A stretch of DNA of 64,000 nt, from positions 3,927-67,926 of the forward strand of contig JANYIY010000210.1 of the NCBI GenBank assembly GCA_025358615.1, written 5' to 3'. Position 1 is the stretch's first letter, and the number at the start of each line of letters is the position of its first letter. The DNA comes from Gammaproteobacteria bacterium. GTDB lineage: Bacteria > Pseudomonadota > Gammaproteobacteria > Steroidobacterales > Steroidobacteraceae. Made by a program: the position numbers and the translations under genes. Shown one piece after another: positions 27,639 through 38,090 of this stretch. The notes beneath the pieces are model-generated. The model saw only the letters and a list, made by a program, of their open reading frames with translations, made no database searches and was not told the DNA's origin.

Positions 27639-28985
27639 TTAACCTCCTGGGGAAACGCTCGGCTGTGGCTGGAGCATGTGGCCAACTTGCTGTAACCATT
27701 GTATTGCGGTTGCAATCGCCGCCGGCGGCCGGTCGAGTGCCAGCGCCGCACCATCTAGCGTCGCGTGCTCCGCCGCGTCGAAGTAGTGCTTGAGGCTCAC
27801 CAGCGGCACCCCGTCAATGTGCCACACGCCGCGCGGATGATTGGCGGTGATAATGACCTCCCGCTCGAGAATGCGGCCCCGATCCAATACCGGGCGACGC
27901 TCGATGCGCGCAGCCTCGGCAACCTGCCCCGGCGGCGCGCCTGCCGGCAGCAGCGCGGCATAAGCCGCCGCGGTGTCGCGCCAAAACGCACCGTGGGCGC
28001 AGTTCTCACGATAGAAATCTTCGGCCACGCGCACCCCGCGCAACCACGCTTGTTCATGACGTTCGGTGATGAAACGCTGTGCGAGCACCGCATCCCCGCC
28101 GTCCATGACCGATTGAACCGCCGCCGCCACCAAGCGCGCGCCCCGCAGCGCCTCGTATATGCCCTGCCCCGACAGCGGATCGAGCGCCAGCGCGGAATCG
28201 CCCACCTGCCAGCATGTCGGATCCCGCCCCAAGGCGCCGAGCCGCGCATGCGCGGGCCTTGCCGTCGGTTCGCCTAAGATCGACGCGCCTTCGAGCGCAC
28301 GCGCCAGTGCCGGAATTTGCGCAGCCGCCGCGGTCATCCACGCAGCGGGAAGGCCCGCACGTGGCCGCCCTATCACCTGCACCCACAATGTCTGCCCGTG
28401 TTCGGCCCACCAGCACCAGCCAAAATCCGCAACGCCGATGCCCGTCGCAGACGTTGCATTCGAGTGGGTTGCGCTCGCTAATGTTCCGCTGCGCGCCCGC
28501 GACCCTCGTCGTAACCGTTGCCCCATTGCCAGCAGCAGCGGTCCGCGCAGCTGCGGACCCCGCCGGCCGCGAGCGTCGATGATCAGCGGCGCCGCCAGCA
28601 TCGCGCCGCTGCGCAGCCGTACGTTCCAGCAGCCGCCGACGCGCTGCGCATTCGTGACCACGTCCGAACGCTGCTCAACGCCGGCGGCTGTCGCCGCCGC
28701 GGACACTGCCGCAGCGAGCCGCGAACGTTCCACCAGCCATTCGATTCCTGCTACCACGCGTCCGTTCGCCCACACCCCATGGCGTGCAATCGGCCCGGCG
28801 ATGACATCGGCCGTTGCGTCCAATCCCTCAGCGGCGAGTAATGCACGGCTGCGTGCAGACAAACCCTCCCACCCCGGTCGCGATGTCATCCCGACCTGCG
28901 CCACGCGCACGCCCGCCAGCGCCAGCCGACGCGCGACGACTCCACCGGCCGGCCCCGTACCGCAGACCACGACATCATGCGTCAT
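27639..28985 (-). CDS. qhpG: FAD-dependent monooxygenase of the QHNDH locus
   Basis: Dinucleotide-binding N-terminus ([12 protein letters not shown]). It lies 3 nt upstream of qhpA, and its start overlaps the stop of the upstream acyl-CoA ligase gene. Confidence 0.7.
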   Translation of the reverse strand: MTHDVVVCGTGPAGGVVARRLALAGVRVAQVGMTSRPGWEGLSARSRALLAAEGLDATADVIAGPIARHGVWANGRVVAGIEWLVERSRLAAAVSAAATAAGVEQRSDVVTNAQRVGGCWNVRLRSGAMLAAPLIIDARGRRGPQLRGPLLLAMGQRLRRGSRARSGTLASATHSNATSATGIGVADFGWCWWAEHGQTLWVQVIGRPRAGLPAAWMTAAAAQIPALARALEGASILGEPTARPAHARLGALGRDPTCWQVGDSALALDPLSGQGIYEALRGARLVAAAVQSVMDGGDAVLAQRFITERHEQAWLRGVRVAEDFYRENCAHGAFWRDTAAAYAALLPAGAPPGQVAEAARIERRPVLDRGRILEREVIITANHPRGVWHIDGVPLVSLKHYFDAAEHATLDGAALALDRPPAAIATAIQWLQQVGHMLQPQPSVSPGG

Positions 28986-30685
28986 GCGGTCTCATCCTCG
29001 GCCAGGCCAAGCTCGACGCGCAGATGTTCACGCAATAAGTACTTCTGCACCTTGCCGCTGATGGTGAGCGGAAAGCTGTCGACGAAGCGCACATAGCGCG
29101 GCACCTTGTAGTGCGCGATCTGCCCGCGGCAGAACTCGCGGATCTCCTCCTCGGTAACGCTCACGCCGCCGCGCAGCCGGATACAGGCACAAACCGCCTC
29201 GCCGAACTTTGCATCCGGGACACCGACCACGGCGACATCGAACACCGCCGGGTGGCGATACAGAAACTCCTCGATTTCCCTGGGGTAGACGTTCTCGCCG
29301 CCGCGGATGATCATGTCCTTTACCCGGCCGACAATGTTGCAATAGCCCTGGTCATCGATCACCGCCAGGTCGCCGCTATGCATCCAGCCGCCGGCGTCGA
29401 TGCAATCCCGCGTGCGTTCCGGATCATCCCAATAGCCGCGCATCACGCTATAGCCGCGAGTCAGCAGTTCACCGGATGTGCCGCGCGGCGTGACCTGCCC
29501 CTCTGCGTCGATGATTTTCACTTGGACATGCGGATGCACCCGGCCGACCGTGCCGACGCGCAGTTCCAGGGGATCATCGGTCTGGCTCTGGAAGCTGACC
29601 GGGCTGGTTTCCGTCATGCCGTAGCAGATCGTGACCTCCGGCATGTGCATGTCGGTGACCACCCGGCGCATGACGGCGGTCGGACAAGGCGATCCAGCCA
29701 TGATGCCGGTGCGCAGCGACGCCAGGTCGAACTCACCGAATCGCGGATGCTCCAACTCCGCGATGAACATCGTCGGCACGCCAAGCAGTACCGTGCAACG
29801 TTCCTGCGCCACGGTCTCGAGCACTGCCAGCGGCTCGAAGCCCTCGCTGGGAAACACGCTGGCAGCGCGGTGGGTCATGGCGGCAAGCACGCCGAGCACC
29901 ATGCCAAAGCAATGGTACAGGGGGACCGGAATACAGACTCTGTCGTCCGCGGTGAGCTGCATGCCCGCACCGACGAAGTAACCATTGTTCACGATATTGA
30001 AGTGCGTCAGCGTCGCGCCCTTCGGTGTGCCGGTGGTGCCGCTGGTGAATTGAATGTTGAAAATCTGGTCCGCGTCGAGCCGCTGCCCGAGCGACGCCGG
30101 CAGCGACTTGTCCACATCCTGCCCGGCAACGATGAGATCGTCGAATGACAACGTACCGCGCAGCGGCCGCGCGCCCAATTGGACCAGCAGCCGCAGCTGC
30201 GGCAAGGTCGTGCACTCGAGCTGTCCGGGTGCGGCGGTGGCCAGTTCGGGGATCAGGGATTGCAACATTGCCGCGTAGTCGCTGCTCTTGAAGCACGGCG
30301 CGAACACCAGCGCGCGGCAGCCAACGAGGCGCAGCGCAAACTGCAGTTCAGTCGTGCGGTAAGCGGGGTTGATGTTCACCAGAACCAGTCCGGCGCGCGC
30401 CGCACCGAACATGGTCAAGATCCACTCAGTGCAATTCGGCGCCCAGATGCCGATGCGATCGCCCGGCTCGAGTCCGCATGCAATCATGCCGCGCGCGACC
30501 TGCTCAACCTCTCGATCGAGTTCGGCGAACGTGTAGCGTTTCGACTGAAACGGCACCACCAACGCGGCGCGATCCGGAGCCTCGTCGGCCGCCGCCTTCA
30601 GAACGCCGTCGACAGTGCGGTACAACAAGGGCCGATCGCTGGTCCCCGACACGAAACTTAACGGTGGCCCGCTCGTCGGATGCAT
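28982..30685 (-). CDS. AMP-dependent acyl-CoA synthetase/ligase
   Basis: AMP-binding motif [16 protein letters not shown], with YGMTETSP and C-terminal [10 protein letters not shown]. Confidence 0.85.
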   Translation of the reverse strand: MHPTSGPPLSFVSGTSDRPLLYRTVDGVLKAAADEAPDRAALVVPFQSKRYTFAELDREVEQVARGMIACGLEPGDRIGIWAPNCTEWILTMFGAARAGLVLVNINPAYRTTELQFALRLVGCRALVFAPCFKSSDYAAMLQSLIPELATAAPGQLECTTLPQLRLLVQLGARPLRGTLSFDDLIVAGQDVDKSLPASLGQRLDADQIFNIQFTSGTTGTPKGATLTHFNIVNNGYFVGAGMQLTADDRVCIPVPLYHCFGMVLGVLAAMTHRAASVFPSEGFEPLAVLETVAQERCTVLLGVPTMFIAELEHPRFGEFDLASLRTGIMAGSPCPTAVMRRVVTDMHMPEVTICYGMTETSPVSFQSQTDDPLELRVGTVGRVHPHVQVKIIDAEGQVTPRGTSGELLTRGYSVMRGYWDDPERTRDCIDAGGWMHSGDLAVIDDQGYCNIVGRVKDMIIRGGENVYPREIEEFLYRHPAVFDVAVVGVPDAKFGEAVCACIRLRGGVSVTEEEIREFCRGQIAHYKVPRYVRFVDSFPLTISGKVQKYLLREHLRVELGLAEDETA

Positions 30686-30707
30686 GAGACCTTGTGCAGT
30701 TCGTCCG

Positions 30708-33098
30708 CTAAAAATGATAGTGCGCGTCGACGCCGTACATGCGCGGCGTGCCGACGTGGCGGTAATCGAAGCCGAAGCCCTGCACGTCCACCGCGTTCGT
30801 CAAGTAGAACTTGTTCGCCATGTTACGCCCCCAGACCCCGACGTCCCACTTGTCGTCCGCCGACACCAGACTCAAGCGCCCGTTCAACAGCGAGTAGCCG
30901 CCCTGGGAGATCGCATCCTCATTGGGCAGCGCCAGATACTGCTTCGAATTGTAGTTGTTGTCGAGATGCAGATTGATCTTAACCGCATCCGTCTGCCACG
31001 CTTCCCAGTCCGCCGCCAGCGTGCCGGAAACATGCGGCGCATACGGCAGCTGTTGCCCATCGATGGAACCCGTCGAGAGCACTCCGTCTTGCACCTCGGA
31101 ATGCAGGAAGCCGACGCTCGCACGCAAAGTCAAAACGCGTATCGGTCGGGTGACGATCTCGAGTTCGCCGCCATCGATTTTCGACTTGCCGAGGTTGATC
31201 AGCGGCTGTTGTCCGGTCGGATAAACGTTGATGATCTGCTGCTCCTTGTACTGGTAGTGGAACACGGCGCCATCCACTTGCAGCCTATGATCCAGCCACG
31301 AGGTCTTGAAGCCCACCTCGTACGAGTCGAGCGTTTCCGGTTTCACCGTGGTCAAATCGTCCGGGGTGAACAGGAACTGCGCATTGAACGCGGCCGAACG
31401 GTAGCCCTTGCTGTAATTGAAATACAGAAGCGCATCCGACGTCAGCGCGAAATCAATGCCCGCGCGGCCCGTGACCGCTGTGTTGTGCAGATACTGGCTA
31501 CGTGTCTGGTTGACGGCGGCATCGTAGCCAGGAGCTCCCGGCAGCAGCAGCGTCGGCCCGAATGTGCCGTTCGGTTGTTGGCTGAAGAACCCCAGATTGG
31601 CAATGGGCACCTGATCGCTGCCGCGCAGCTGGTTGAGGGCATTTTTCTGAGCACCGTTGTCGTGGTTGTAGCGCAGGCCGCCGCGCAGCGTGATCCAATC
31701 CGCGATCTTGTAGCTGTCGTCCGTATAGGCCGCCCAGCTGTTGCGGATCTGATCGAACGAGTTGTAGTAGTCGCAGCCCAGATTGATGTTCACACCGGCG
31801 TTGTAGCCCGCGCCGGGAGCGAAAGAACTCGCTGCGCAATCGCGGTAATCGTTGAAGGTGTTGAACGCCGGGTCGGTAAAGATCTGGTTTTCAGTCGAAT
31901 TAAAGATGATTTCGTGCTGATAGTAGGCGCCGACGATGTAGCGAAACGACGCATCGCCGGTAGAGGTGAGGCGCAGATCCTGAGTGACCTGGCGCGTCTT
32001 GCCGGTATAAGGGATTTTCCAAATGCCGTACGGCGCTCCGTCGGTCCCTTCGGGATTGAACAGCGCGCCCTCGTCCCAGGATGTGATCGAGGTCATCTTG
32101 TTGGTGGGCGACACCGCCCATTCACCCGTGAGCTCAACCGCCTCGTTGTCTTGACGACGGCGCGGCGTGTAGTTCTGCGCCACCTGGTAATTGGTCAGCG
32201 GCACGCCGCCGGCGGTGCCGTCCTGGGTGCGAAAATAACCGGTGAAGCCAACGCCGCCCGGATTGCCGGGCGACGGCGCTGCGGACCGTCCGTCGACAAT
32301 CGCGTAGTTTTGCGGATCCTGCATGCTCTTCGACGCGCGCAGCGTGAATTCAAGGTCATCGGTTGCCTTGAAGAGCAGCGACAGGCGCACTCCGTACTGA
32401 TCCACGCCCTCGAGATCGGGAGCACCCGGCAAGACGTTCTGAATGAAGCCGTCGACCTTGGTGTAGGTGAACGCGAAGCGCACCGCCAGTCGGTCCGCAA
32501 TCAACGCCGTCTGAAAGGCGCCCTCGACTTCACGGCGGTTGTAGTTGCCGACTCCGATTTTGATGTCGCCTTCGGTATCGAAGCCAGGCTTGCGTGTAAT
32601 GAAATTGATCGCACCGCCGGTGGTGTTCTTGCCATACAGGGTTCCCTGCGGTCCGCGCAGTACTTCGACGCGCTCCAGATCGTAGAGCTCCACGCCGAAC
32701 AGAGTGAAGTTGCCCTTGTAAACCTCATCGATGTAGCTCGCCACCGGACTCGACTGGTTGAGGCTGTAGTCGAACATGGAGACACCGCGCAACGAAAACA
32801 GCGGCGAGCCCTCGCCGACAATGCCGTTCACTTGCAGATTCGGCACCTGTGTGACGAGGTCCGAGGGGGTGTCGATCTTCAATTGGCCCAGTTGTGCCCG
32901 GGTGAGTACGGTGACGGAAACCGGCACGCTTTGCAGCGACTCTGCACGTTTCTCCGCCGTGACGACGATTTCCTGGATGGCATCGGCGTCGGCCGGTGGA
33001 CTCTGCGCCCGCGCGGCCGTCGCGGCGAGCATGGCAATGCCTACGGCGGGCAGCAGCAACCGGAGACCCTTCAAAGTGCGTGCTTGTTTGTTATGCAA
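30708..33098 (-). CDS. TonB-dependent outer-membrane receptor
   Basis: Signal peptide, plug region ([25 protein letters not shown]), a long beta-barrel, and a C-terminal aromatic residue (YGVDAHYHF). Confidence 0.9.
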   Translation of the reverse strand: MHNKQARTLKGLRLLLPAVGIAMLAATAARAQSPPADADAIQEIVVTAEKRAESLQSVPVSVTVLTRAQLGQLKIDTPSDLVTQVPNLQVNGIVGEGSPLFSLRGVSMFDYSLNQSSPVASYIDEVYKGNFTLFGVELYDLERVEVLRGPQGTLYGKNTTGGAINFITRKPGFDTEGDIKIGVGNYNRREVEGAFQTALIADRLAVRFAFTYTKVDGFIQNVLPGAPDLEGVDQYGVRLSLLFKATDDLEFTLRASKSMQDPQNYAIVDGRSAAPSPGNPGGVGFTGYFRTQDGTAGGVPLTNYQVAQNYTPRRRQDNEAVELTGEWAVSPTNKMTSITSWDEGALFNPEGTDGAPYGIWKIPYTGKTRQVTQDLRLTSTGDASFRYIVGAYYQHEIIFNSTENQIFTDPAFNTFNDYRDCAASSFAPGAGYNAGVNINLGCDYYNSFDQIRNSWAAYTDDSYKIADWITLRGGLRYNHDNGAQKNALNQLRGSDQVPIANLGFFSQQPNGTFGPTLLLPGAPGYDAAVNQTRSQYLHNTAVTGRAGIDFALTSDALLYFNYSKGYRSAAFNAQFLFTPDDLTTVKPETLDSYEVGFKTSWLDHRLQVDGAVFHYQYKEQQIINVYPTGQQPLINLGKSKIDGGELEIVTRPIRVLTLRASVGFLHSEVQDGVLSTGSIDGQQLPYAPHVSGTLAADWEAWQTDAVKINLHLDNNYNSKQYLALPNEDAISQGGYSLLNGRLSLVSADDKWDVGVWGRNMANKFYLTNAVDVQGFGFDYRHVGTPRMYGVDAHYHF

Positions 33099-33161
33099 AA
33101 TGATGCCCTACCCTGATATATCAAACCGATGAAGTAGTCCTGATTTCCGACGTCGCCCGCA

Positions 33162-34706
33162 TCATGCCGTAATGTTGATGCACACGGATTTGCTTTCGAG
33201 ATACGAGTAAACCGCCTCTCCGCCCAATTCGCGGCCCCAGCCCGATTGCTTGTAGCCGCCGAACGGCATGGTTGCATCCAGCACGTTATGGCAGTTCACC
33301 CAAACGGTGCCGGCCCGCAGTTTCGGTGCCAGCCTCAAAACCTTGCCTATGTCGCGTCCCCAGATGCTGGCCGCCAAGCCATAGATGGTGTCGTTTGCGA
33401 TTCGGGCAATGTCGGCCACGTCGTCGAAGGGCTGCGCGACCACCACCGGCCCGAAGATTTCCTCGCGCACCACGGACATTTCGTTGTTCACGTTCACGAA
33501 TACCGTCGGCTCGACATAGTAACCAGGACTCGGCAGCGCGTGGCCGCCCGCGGCTGCGCTTGCTCCCGCCGCAGCGCCGTCCTTGAGGTAGCGCGTAACG
33601 CGCTCACGCTGGATCGAGGAAACCAGCGGACCGATCTGCGCAGTCGGGTCGAGCCCTGGGCCTAACTTCATGTTCTTTGCCTGATCCGCAATACCGCCCA
33701 CGACCCGGTCGAAGTGCTGCGCCGCGACGTACAGCCGGGAACCCGCACTGCACACCTGGCCCTGATTGAAAAAGATGGCGCTGGCCGCACCAGGAATCGC
33801 AATGTCCAAGTCCGCGTCGGGCAGGATGATGGTCGGCGACTTGCCGCCCAGTTCCACCGTTACTTTCTTCATATTGCCGGCCGCCGCCTGCACGATCAGC
33901 CGGCCCACCTCGGTGGAGCCCGTGAAGGTGATCTTGTCGACGCCGGCGTGTGCCGACAGCGCCGCTCCCGCAGTAGGTCCCATGCCGGTCACGACATTGA
34001 GCACCCCCTTGGGCAAACCCGCTTGCAGCGCCAGATCGCCCAATCGCAACGCCGTGAGCGGCGTCTCCTCGGCGGGCTTCAACACCACGGTGCAGCCTGC
34101 GGCGAGCGCCGGTGCGCATTTCCAGGTGGCCAGCAAGAACGGGAAATTCCAGGCGATGACCGCGCCGACCACGCCCATGGGTTCGCGCGTCGAGAAGGCG
34201 GCGTACTGCTGGCCGGGCACCAAAGTGCCGGACAGCGGCAGCGTCTTGCCCTCGAGCTTGGTCGGCCAGCCGGCCATGTAGCGCCACACTTCGAGCGCCG
34301 CTTTGACGTCGACATGGCGCGCCATCAGCACCGACTTGCCATTGTCGATAGCCTCGAGCTCTGCGAGTTCGTCGGCATGCGCTTCGATCAGATCGGCCAA
34401 GCGGTGTAGCACGCGCTCCCGGTCGACGGGTTTCATTTGTGCCCAATCACCCTCTTCGAAGGCGCGGCGCGCAGCCGCGACTGCCAAGTCCACATCGGCC
34501 GCATCGCCCAGCGCGCAGTGCGCGATGACCTGGTCGCTGGACGGGTCGCGCACTTCGAAGGTCTTGCCGCTGACTGCCGCCACCCACGCCCCATCGATCA
34601 GCAGCTTGCGCGGCTTGGCCAGAAAGGCCTTATTGGCGGGCATGATCGAGGCAAGGTCATTGGTGAGCACGCTCCGCGGAGTCTGGGCTGCAACGGCGGT
34701 ATTCAT
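33162..34706 (-). CDS. NAD(P)-dependent aldehyde dehydrogenase
   Basis: VTVELGGKSP (catalytic Glu motif) and FFNQGQVCSAGSR (catalytic Cys motif). Confidence 0.9.
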   Translation of the reverse strand: MNTAVAAQTPRSVLTNDLASIMPANKAFLAKPRKLLIDGAWVAAVSGKTFEVRDPSSDQVIAHCALGDAADVDLAVAAARRAFEEGDWAQMKPVDRERVLHRLADLIEAHADELAELEAIDNGKSVLMARHVDVKAALEVWRYMAGWPTKLEGKTLPLSGTLVPGQQYAAFSTREPMGVVGAVIAWNFPFLLATWKCAPALAAGCTVVLKPAEETPLTALRLGDLALQAGLPKGVLNVVTGMGPTAGAALSAHAGVDKITFTGSTEVGRLIVQAAAGNMKKVTVELGGKSPTIILPDADLDIAIPGAASAIFFNQGQVCSAGSRLYVAAQHFDRVVGGIADQAKNMKLGPGLDPTAQIGPLVSSIQRERVTRYLKDGAAAGASAAAGGHALPSPGYYVEPTVFVNVNNEMSVVREEIFGPVVVAQPFDDVADIARIANDTIYGLAASIWGRDIGKVLRLAPKLRAGTVWVNCHNVLDATMPFGGYKQSGWGRELGGEAVYSYLESKSVCINITA

Positions 34707-34864
34707 TCGATACTCCTGGACTTAAGGGAACGATGCGGACTGGCTGGGCGGCCAGGCCCAATCCTCAGTATCGCCGCCGGAGCGCTACTTAAGGTATAAG
34801 TCGTAAGGAGCAGAGGGACTAATACTTTAGTATCAACCCTGCGCCGCATTGCTGGAACACTACG

Positions 34865-35518
34865 ATGAATACATTGAGCGCCGCGGACGCACCGCCCCGC
34901 GTACTGATAGCCGACGATCACCCGCTCTACTGCGATGCGCTGCAAGCCGTCGTGCCGCAGGCTTGCCCGGGGGCCGACATCGGCGTGGCGACATCACAGG
35001 AAGAAGTGCTCGCCGCGGTCGCAGGCGAACGATCGTTCAGCCTGGTCTTGCTCGACCTCAACCTCCCTGGCGCCGTCGGACTCTCCTGCTTGCATGCGCT
35101 GCGGCGCGTGGCGCCGTCGACGCCCATTGTGGTGGTCTCCGCCGTCGGCGACCCAAAGATCATGCAGGACGCCATCATGGCCGGTGCCAGCGCATTCATT
35201 CCCAAGTCAGCGCCCAGCCAAGTCCTCATCAATGCGCTCAAGGTCATTCTCGCCGGCGGTACTTACATGCCGACCGGAATCCTGTCGGCCTTGCGCAATG
35301 CCGACGCAGCCGCCGGCCGCGACGAACTCACCCTGCGTCAGCGTCGGGTGCTCGAATTGTTGTCCACCGGACTGTCGAACAAGCGCATTGCGCGGGAATT
35401 GGCCATCAGCGAGATTACGGTGAAGGCACACGTGTCGGCGATATTCCGCAAACTCGGCGTGACCAACCGCATGCAGGCTGGCCTTGAGGCCAGGCGCCTG
35501 CTCGACTCCAATTACTGA
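34865..35518 (+). CDS. NarL/FixJ (LuxR)-family response regulator
   Basis: Receiver domain (RVLIADDHPLY...LVLLDLNLPG) and LuxR HTH (LTLRQRRVLELLSTGLSNKRIARELAISEITVKAHVSAIFRKLGV). Confidence 0.9.
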   Translation: MNTLSAADAPPRVLIADDHPLYCDALQAVVPQACPGADIGVATSQEEVLAAVAGERSFSLVLLDLNLPGAVGLSCLHALRRVAPSTPIVVVSAVGDPKIMQDAIMAGASAFIPKSAPSQVLINALKVILAGGTYMPTGILSALRNADAAAGRDELTLRQRRVLELLSTGLSNKRIARELAISEITVKAHVSAIFRKLGVTNRMQAGLEARRLLDSNY

Positions 35519-36945
35519 CGGCTAATTCTCTCCAGCAAGGCGCGCAGCTCCGCCAGGTTGAGCGGCTTCGCCAGCAACGCAAGTCCCTTGTCGCGCACTG
35601 CGGCGTGCAGCCGGGGATCAGGATCACTGGTCATGATGGCTGCGGGGGGCGCCCGGTCAAATTCACGGCGCACCTCCTCGACCGCTGCATCACCCTTGAT
35701 CGACCCGCTCAGATGATAATCACTGATGATGAAATCCGGCGTCAGGTCGGCACCGATGAACTGTACCACCGCCTCCGTGGCCGTCGCCGCAGCGATCGGC
35801 CGATGACCCCATTTGACCAAGGTTGCCGCGAGACCAAGGCGCACCCCTGGATCATCGTCGATGACTGCGATGGCGAGGCTCGAGGCTACACCGCCGGCAG
35901 CCGCCACTCGAGATTTTGTCCGGCCGCGCGGCCGGCCATAGGGCACCATCACGGCAAACAACGAGCCGCGTCCCGGAATGGACCTCACCTCGCGCCTCAA
36001 GGACAGCAGGGTCGAGATGCGCTCCACGATCGACAACCCCAGGCCAATCCCCACGGTGCGTGCGCGCCCGCCGGCCGGGACCTGGTAATAAGCCGTAAAA
36101 ATGGCCTCCAAATGCTCGCGCTCGATGCCTAGGCCGGTGTCATGAACCGAAATGAGCAGTCCCTCGCGCCGACGCCGGCAACCCACCAACACGCGTCCCC
36201 GCAATGTGTAGCGGATCGCGTTGCTGATCAAATTGCGCAGCACCGTTTCCAGAAGGTGCATATCGGTTCGAACCCACGCGCCCGAGGATACGTAATCCAA
36301 TTGCAGCCCGGCGGAACGCGCCACGCTGCTGAACTCCGGAACGATGCGGTCGAGCACCGCGCTCACCGGGAAGTCGGCATATTGCGGTTCGATCCCGCCG
36401 GAATCGAGACGCGCAACATCGAGCAGCGTGTCGAGCAGGTTGCTGAGCGAGGCCAGCGCGACGCGCGCCTTGTGCAGGTAATCGAGATCCAGTCCCTTAA
36501 GCGCAGGCTCGCTGATCGACTCCAGAAACAACAGCGCGGAGCTCAAGGGCTGCCGTAAATCATGACTGGCCGCGGCCAGAAAGCGGGTTTTAGTCTCATT
36601 CGCGCGATCGGCAACCTCCTTGGCCTGCTTCAGCGCAAGCTCGATTTCGCGCCGCGACTCCAATTCGCGTTTCAACCGCAGATTGAGTTGCTCGTACTGT
36701 TCGGTGCGCTGACGGATTGCCTCCTCCAGGCTGGCCGCCGCCTGAAACCACGAGAACGCGCTGCCCTGGTCATCGACGGTCTTTTCCACTCTCACCATCA
36801 GCGCCCGCACCGACTTCTTCAGTGCTCGGTTCTCGGCGCGTAGCCGAGCGATCGACGTCGCCGCACGTTTGTCTTGCGCCGCGAGCGCCTTCACGGCGTT
36901 GCGCGGCGCCGCTGCTGCTTTGGCACGCCGGGTTCGCGCCTTCAT
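35512..36945 (-). CDS. soluble hybrid sensor histidine kinase / response regulator
   Basis: The start is placed at ATG 36945 (MKARTRR), which forms ATGA with the FIST gene stop. There is no TM segment. It has a coiled-coil region, an H-box (FLAAASHDLRQPL), an HATPase region (HDTGLGI...IGLGLSIV) and a C-terminal receiver (IAVIDDDPGV...FIISDYHLSG). The longest ORF reaches 37233. Confidence 0.85.
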   Translation of the reverse strand: MKARTRRAKAAAAPRNAVKALAAQDKRAATSIARLRAENRALKKSVRALMVRVEKTVDDQGSAFSWFQAAASLEEAIRQRTEQYEQLNLRLKRELESRREIELALKQAKEVADRANETKTRFLAAASHDLRQPLSSALLFLESISEPALKGLDLDYLHKARVALASLSNLLDTLLDVARLDSGGIEPQYADFPVSAVLDRIVPEFSSVARSAGLQLDYVSSGAWVRTDMHLLETVLRNLISNAIRYTLRGRVLVGCRRRREGLLISVHDTGLGIEREHLEAIFTAYYQVPAGGRARTVGIGLGLSIVERISTLLSLRREVRSIPGRGSLFAVMVPYGRPRGRTKSRVAAAGGVASSLAIAVIDDDPGVRLGLAATLVKWGHRPIAAATATEAVVQFIGADLTPDFIISDYHLSGSIKGDAAVEEVRREFDRAPPAAIMTSDPDPRLHAAVRDKGLALLAKPLNLAELRALLERISRQ

Positions 36946-38090
36946 GACAACGGTGCGATACCCAAACAGGTGAAGGAGTTGTTGGCGTGGATGGTGTTGA
37001 ATTGTTCGCCAAGCGAGGAGAAGCCCGTCACCGCATGCTGCTGCAGCAGCGCTTCGATGCCCTTCGCCAACCCCTGGCGTTCCATATAGGCAGTGCGCGC
37101 CGCGCAGTCGACACCGATGACGAGCTCGGGCGCGCCGATCTGCCGGCGCATCGTCGCAAACAGCGTTTCCAGGCTGGCAATCATGTCTCCCGGCTTGGCG
37201 AGCGCGACCACCAGGCCAGGTTCGAGAGCACACGCGAATTCCAGTGCGCCATCGGGGTAGATCCGCTGCATGCCGCGCGCATAGTAGTGACCGCCGATGC
37301 GGATCATCAATGGGAACGGCGCGAAGTCCCGGCTCTCGCGCGGCGGCCGGCGAAATCCGCAGGCAGCCGCGTACACCGCCAGCGCCGCGCGCCCATCGAT
37401 TTCCCGCACCAGCCGGCGCGCCGGATCAGCGTCGGTGATGACGAACTTCTTGTCGCTGGGCATGTAGTGATTATGGCAGTACGCAATGACCGGCGTGGCC
37501 GATGCCACCAGGCAGAGAATGGCGGCGCCGCGCTTGGCGCTGCCGTGATACAGCAATCGTGTGCTCCCGGGTGGGTGGCCGAGCGGATTGAAATACAAAT
37601 CGCCGGCCGAGCCGCCGATCAACGGCACACCGTTCAGTTCCATGCCGAGTACCGCCGCAAGGCGCTCTTCGCAACGCGACTCCGCGTCCACCAGCAGCAG
37701 TGCGAAGCGATGCCCGAACGCGCCGCCCGGCCCGCTGCCGAGTTCGAGCTGCAACTGGCGCACGCGCGCGCGCAGTTCCGGCAGCCCCATGCCGGCCACG
37801 TCCTCCAACAGCGTGTCGGCCGCGGCGAAGCGGCCCGCCGGCAGATGAAAGCCTGTGACTCCGCGCGGCTCAAATCCTTGCTCGCTGATGATGCGCCCGG
37901 TGGCTGCGCCGATGACTCGATGGACGCCGCGCGCCGCAAGCTCGGCCCCCATGGCGGCGAGATCATGGTCGGTGGTCGCAAAGACTACCGTCAGGGCGCT
38001 GTCGCCGCGATCAGCGGCGATCGCCGTTGCCGCGGCAACTGTGTCGCCCGTCGCCCGGAAGCAGGTGATTTTCTGCTGCGGCATGCTCAT
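36942..38090 (-). CDS. FIST-domain (FIST_N + FIST_C) sensory protein
   Basis: A 382-aa soluble protein with segments I associate with FIST N/C domains (VVFATTDHDL, LIGGSAGDL, CLVAS...PVIAYCH, GDMIASLETLF...GVDCAARTAYM, TGFSSLGEQF). Its start and stop both overlap the neighbouring genes by 4 bp. Confidence 0.7.
   Translation of the reverse strand: MSMPQQKITCFRATGDTVAAATAIAADRGDSALTVVFATTDHDLAAMGAELAARGVHRVIGAATGRIISEQGFEPRGVTGFHLPAGRFAAADTLLEDVAGMGLPELRARVRQLQLELGSGPGGAFGHRFALLLVDAESRCEERLAAVLGMELNGVPLIGGSAGDLYFNPLGHPPGSTRLLYHGSAKRGAAILCLVASATPVIAYCHNHYMPSDKKFVITDADPARRLVREIDGRAALAVYAAACGFRRPPRESRDFAPFPLMIRIGGHYYARGMQRIYPDGALEFACALEPGLVVALAKPGDMIASLETLFATMRRQIGAPELVIGVDCAARTAYMERQGLAKGIEALLQQHAVTGFSSLGEQFNTIHANNSFTCLGIAPLS

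Noticed and set aside
30615-33116. 833-aa plus-strand ORF
   Set aside because: It is antisense to the TonB-dependent receptor, which has a plug motif, a barrel and a C-terminal Phe. The translation is Arg/Val/Asp-rich with no motifs, so it is a shadow ORF.
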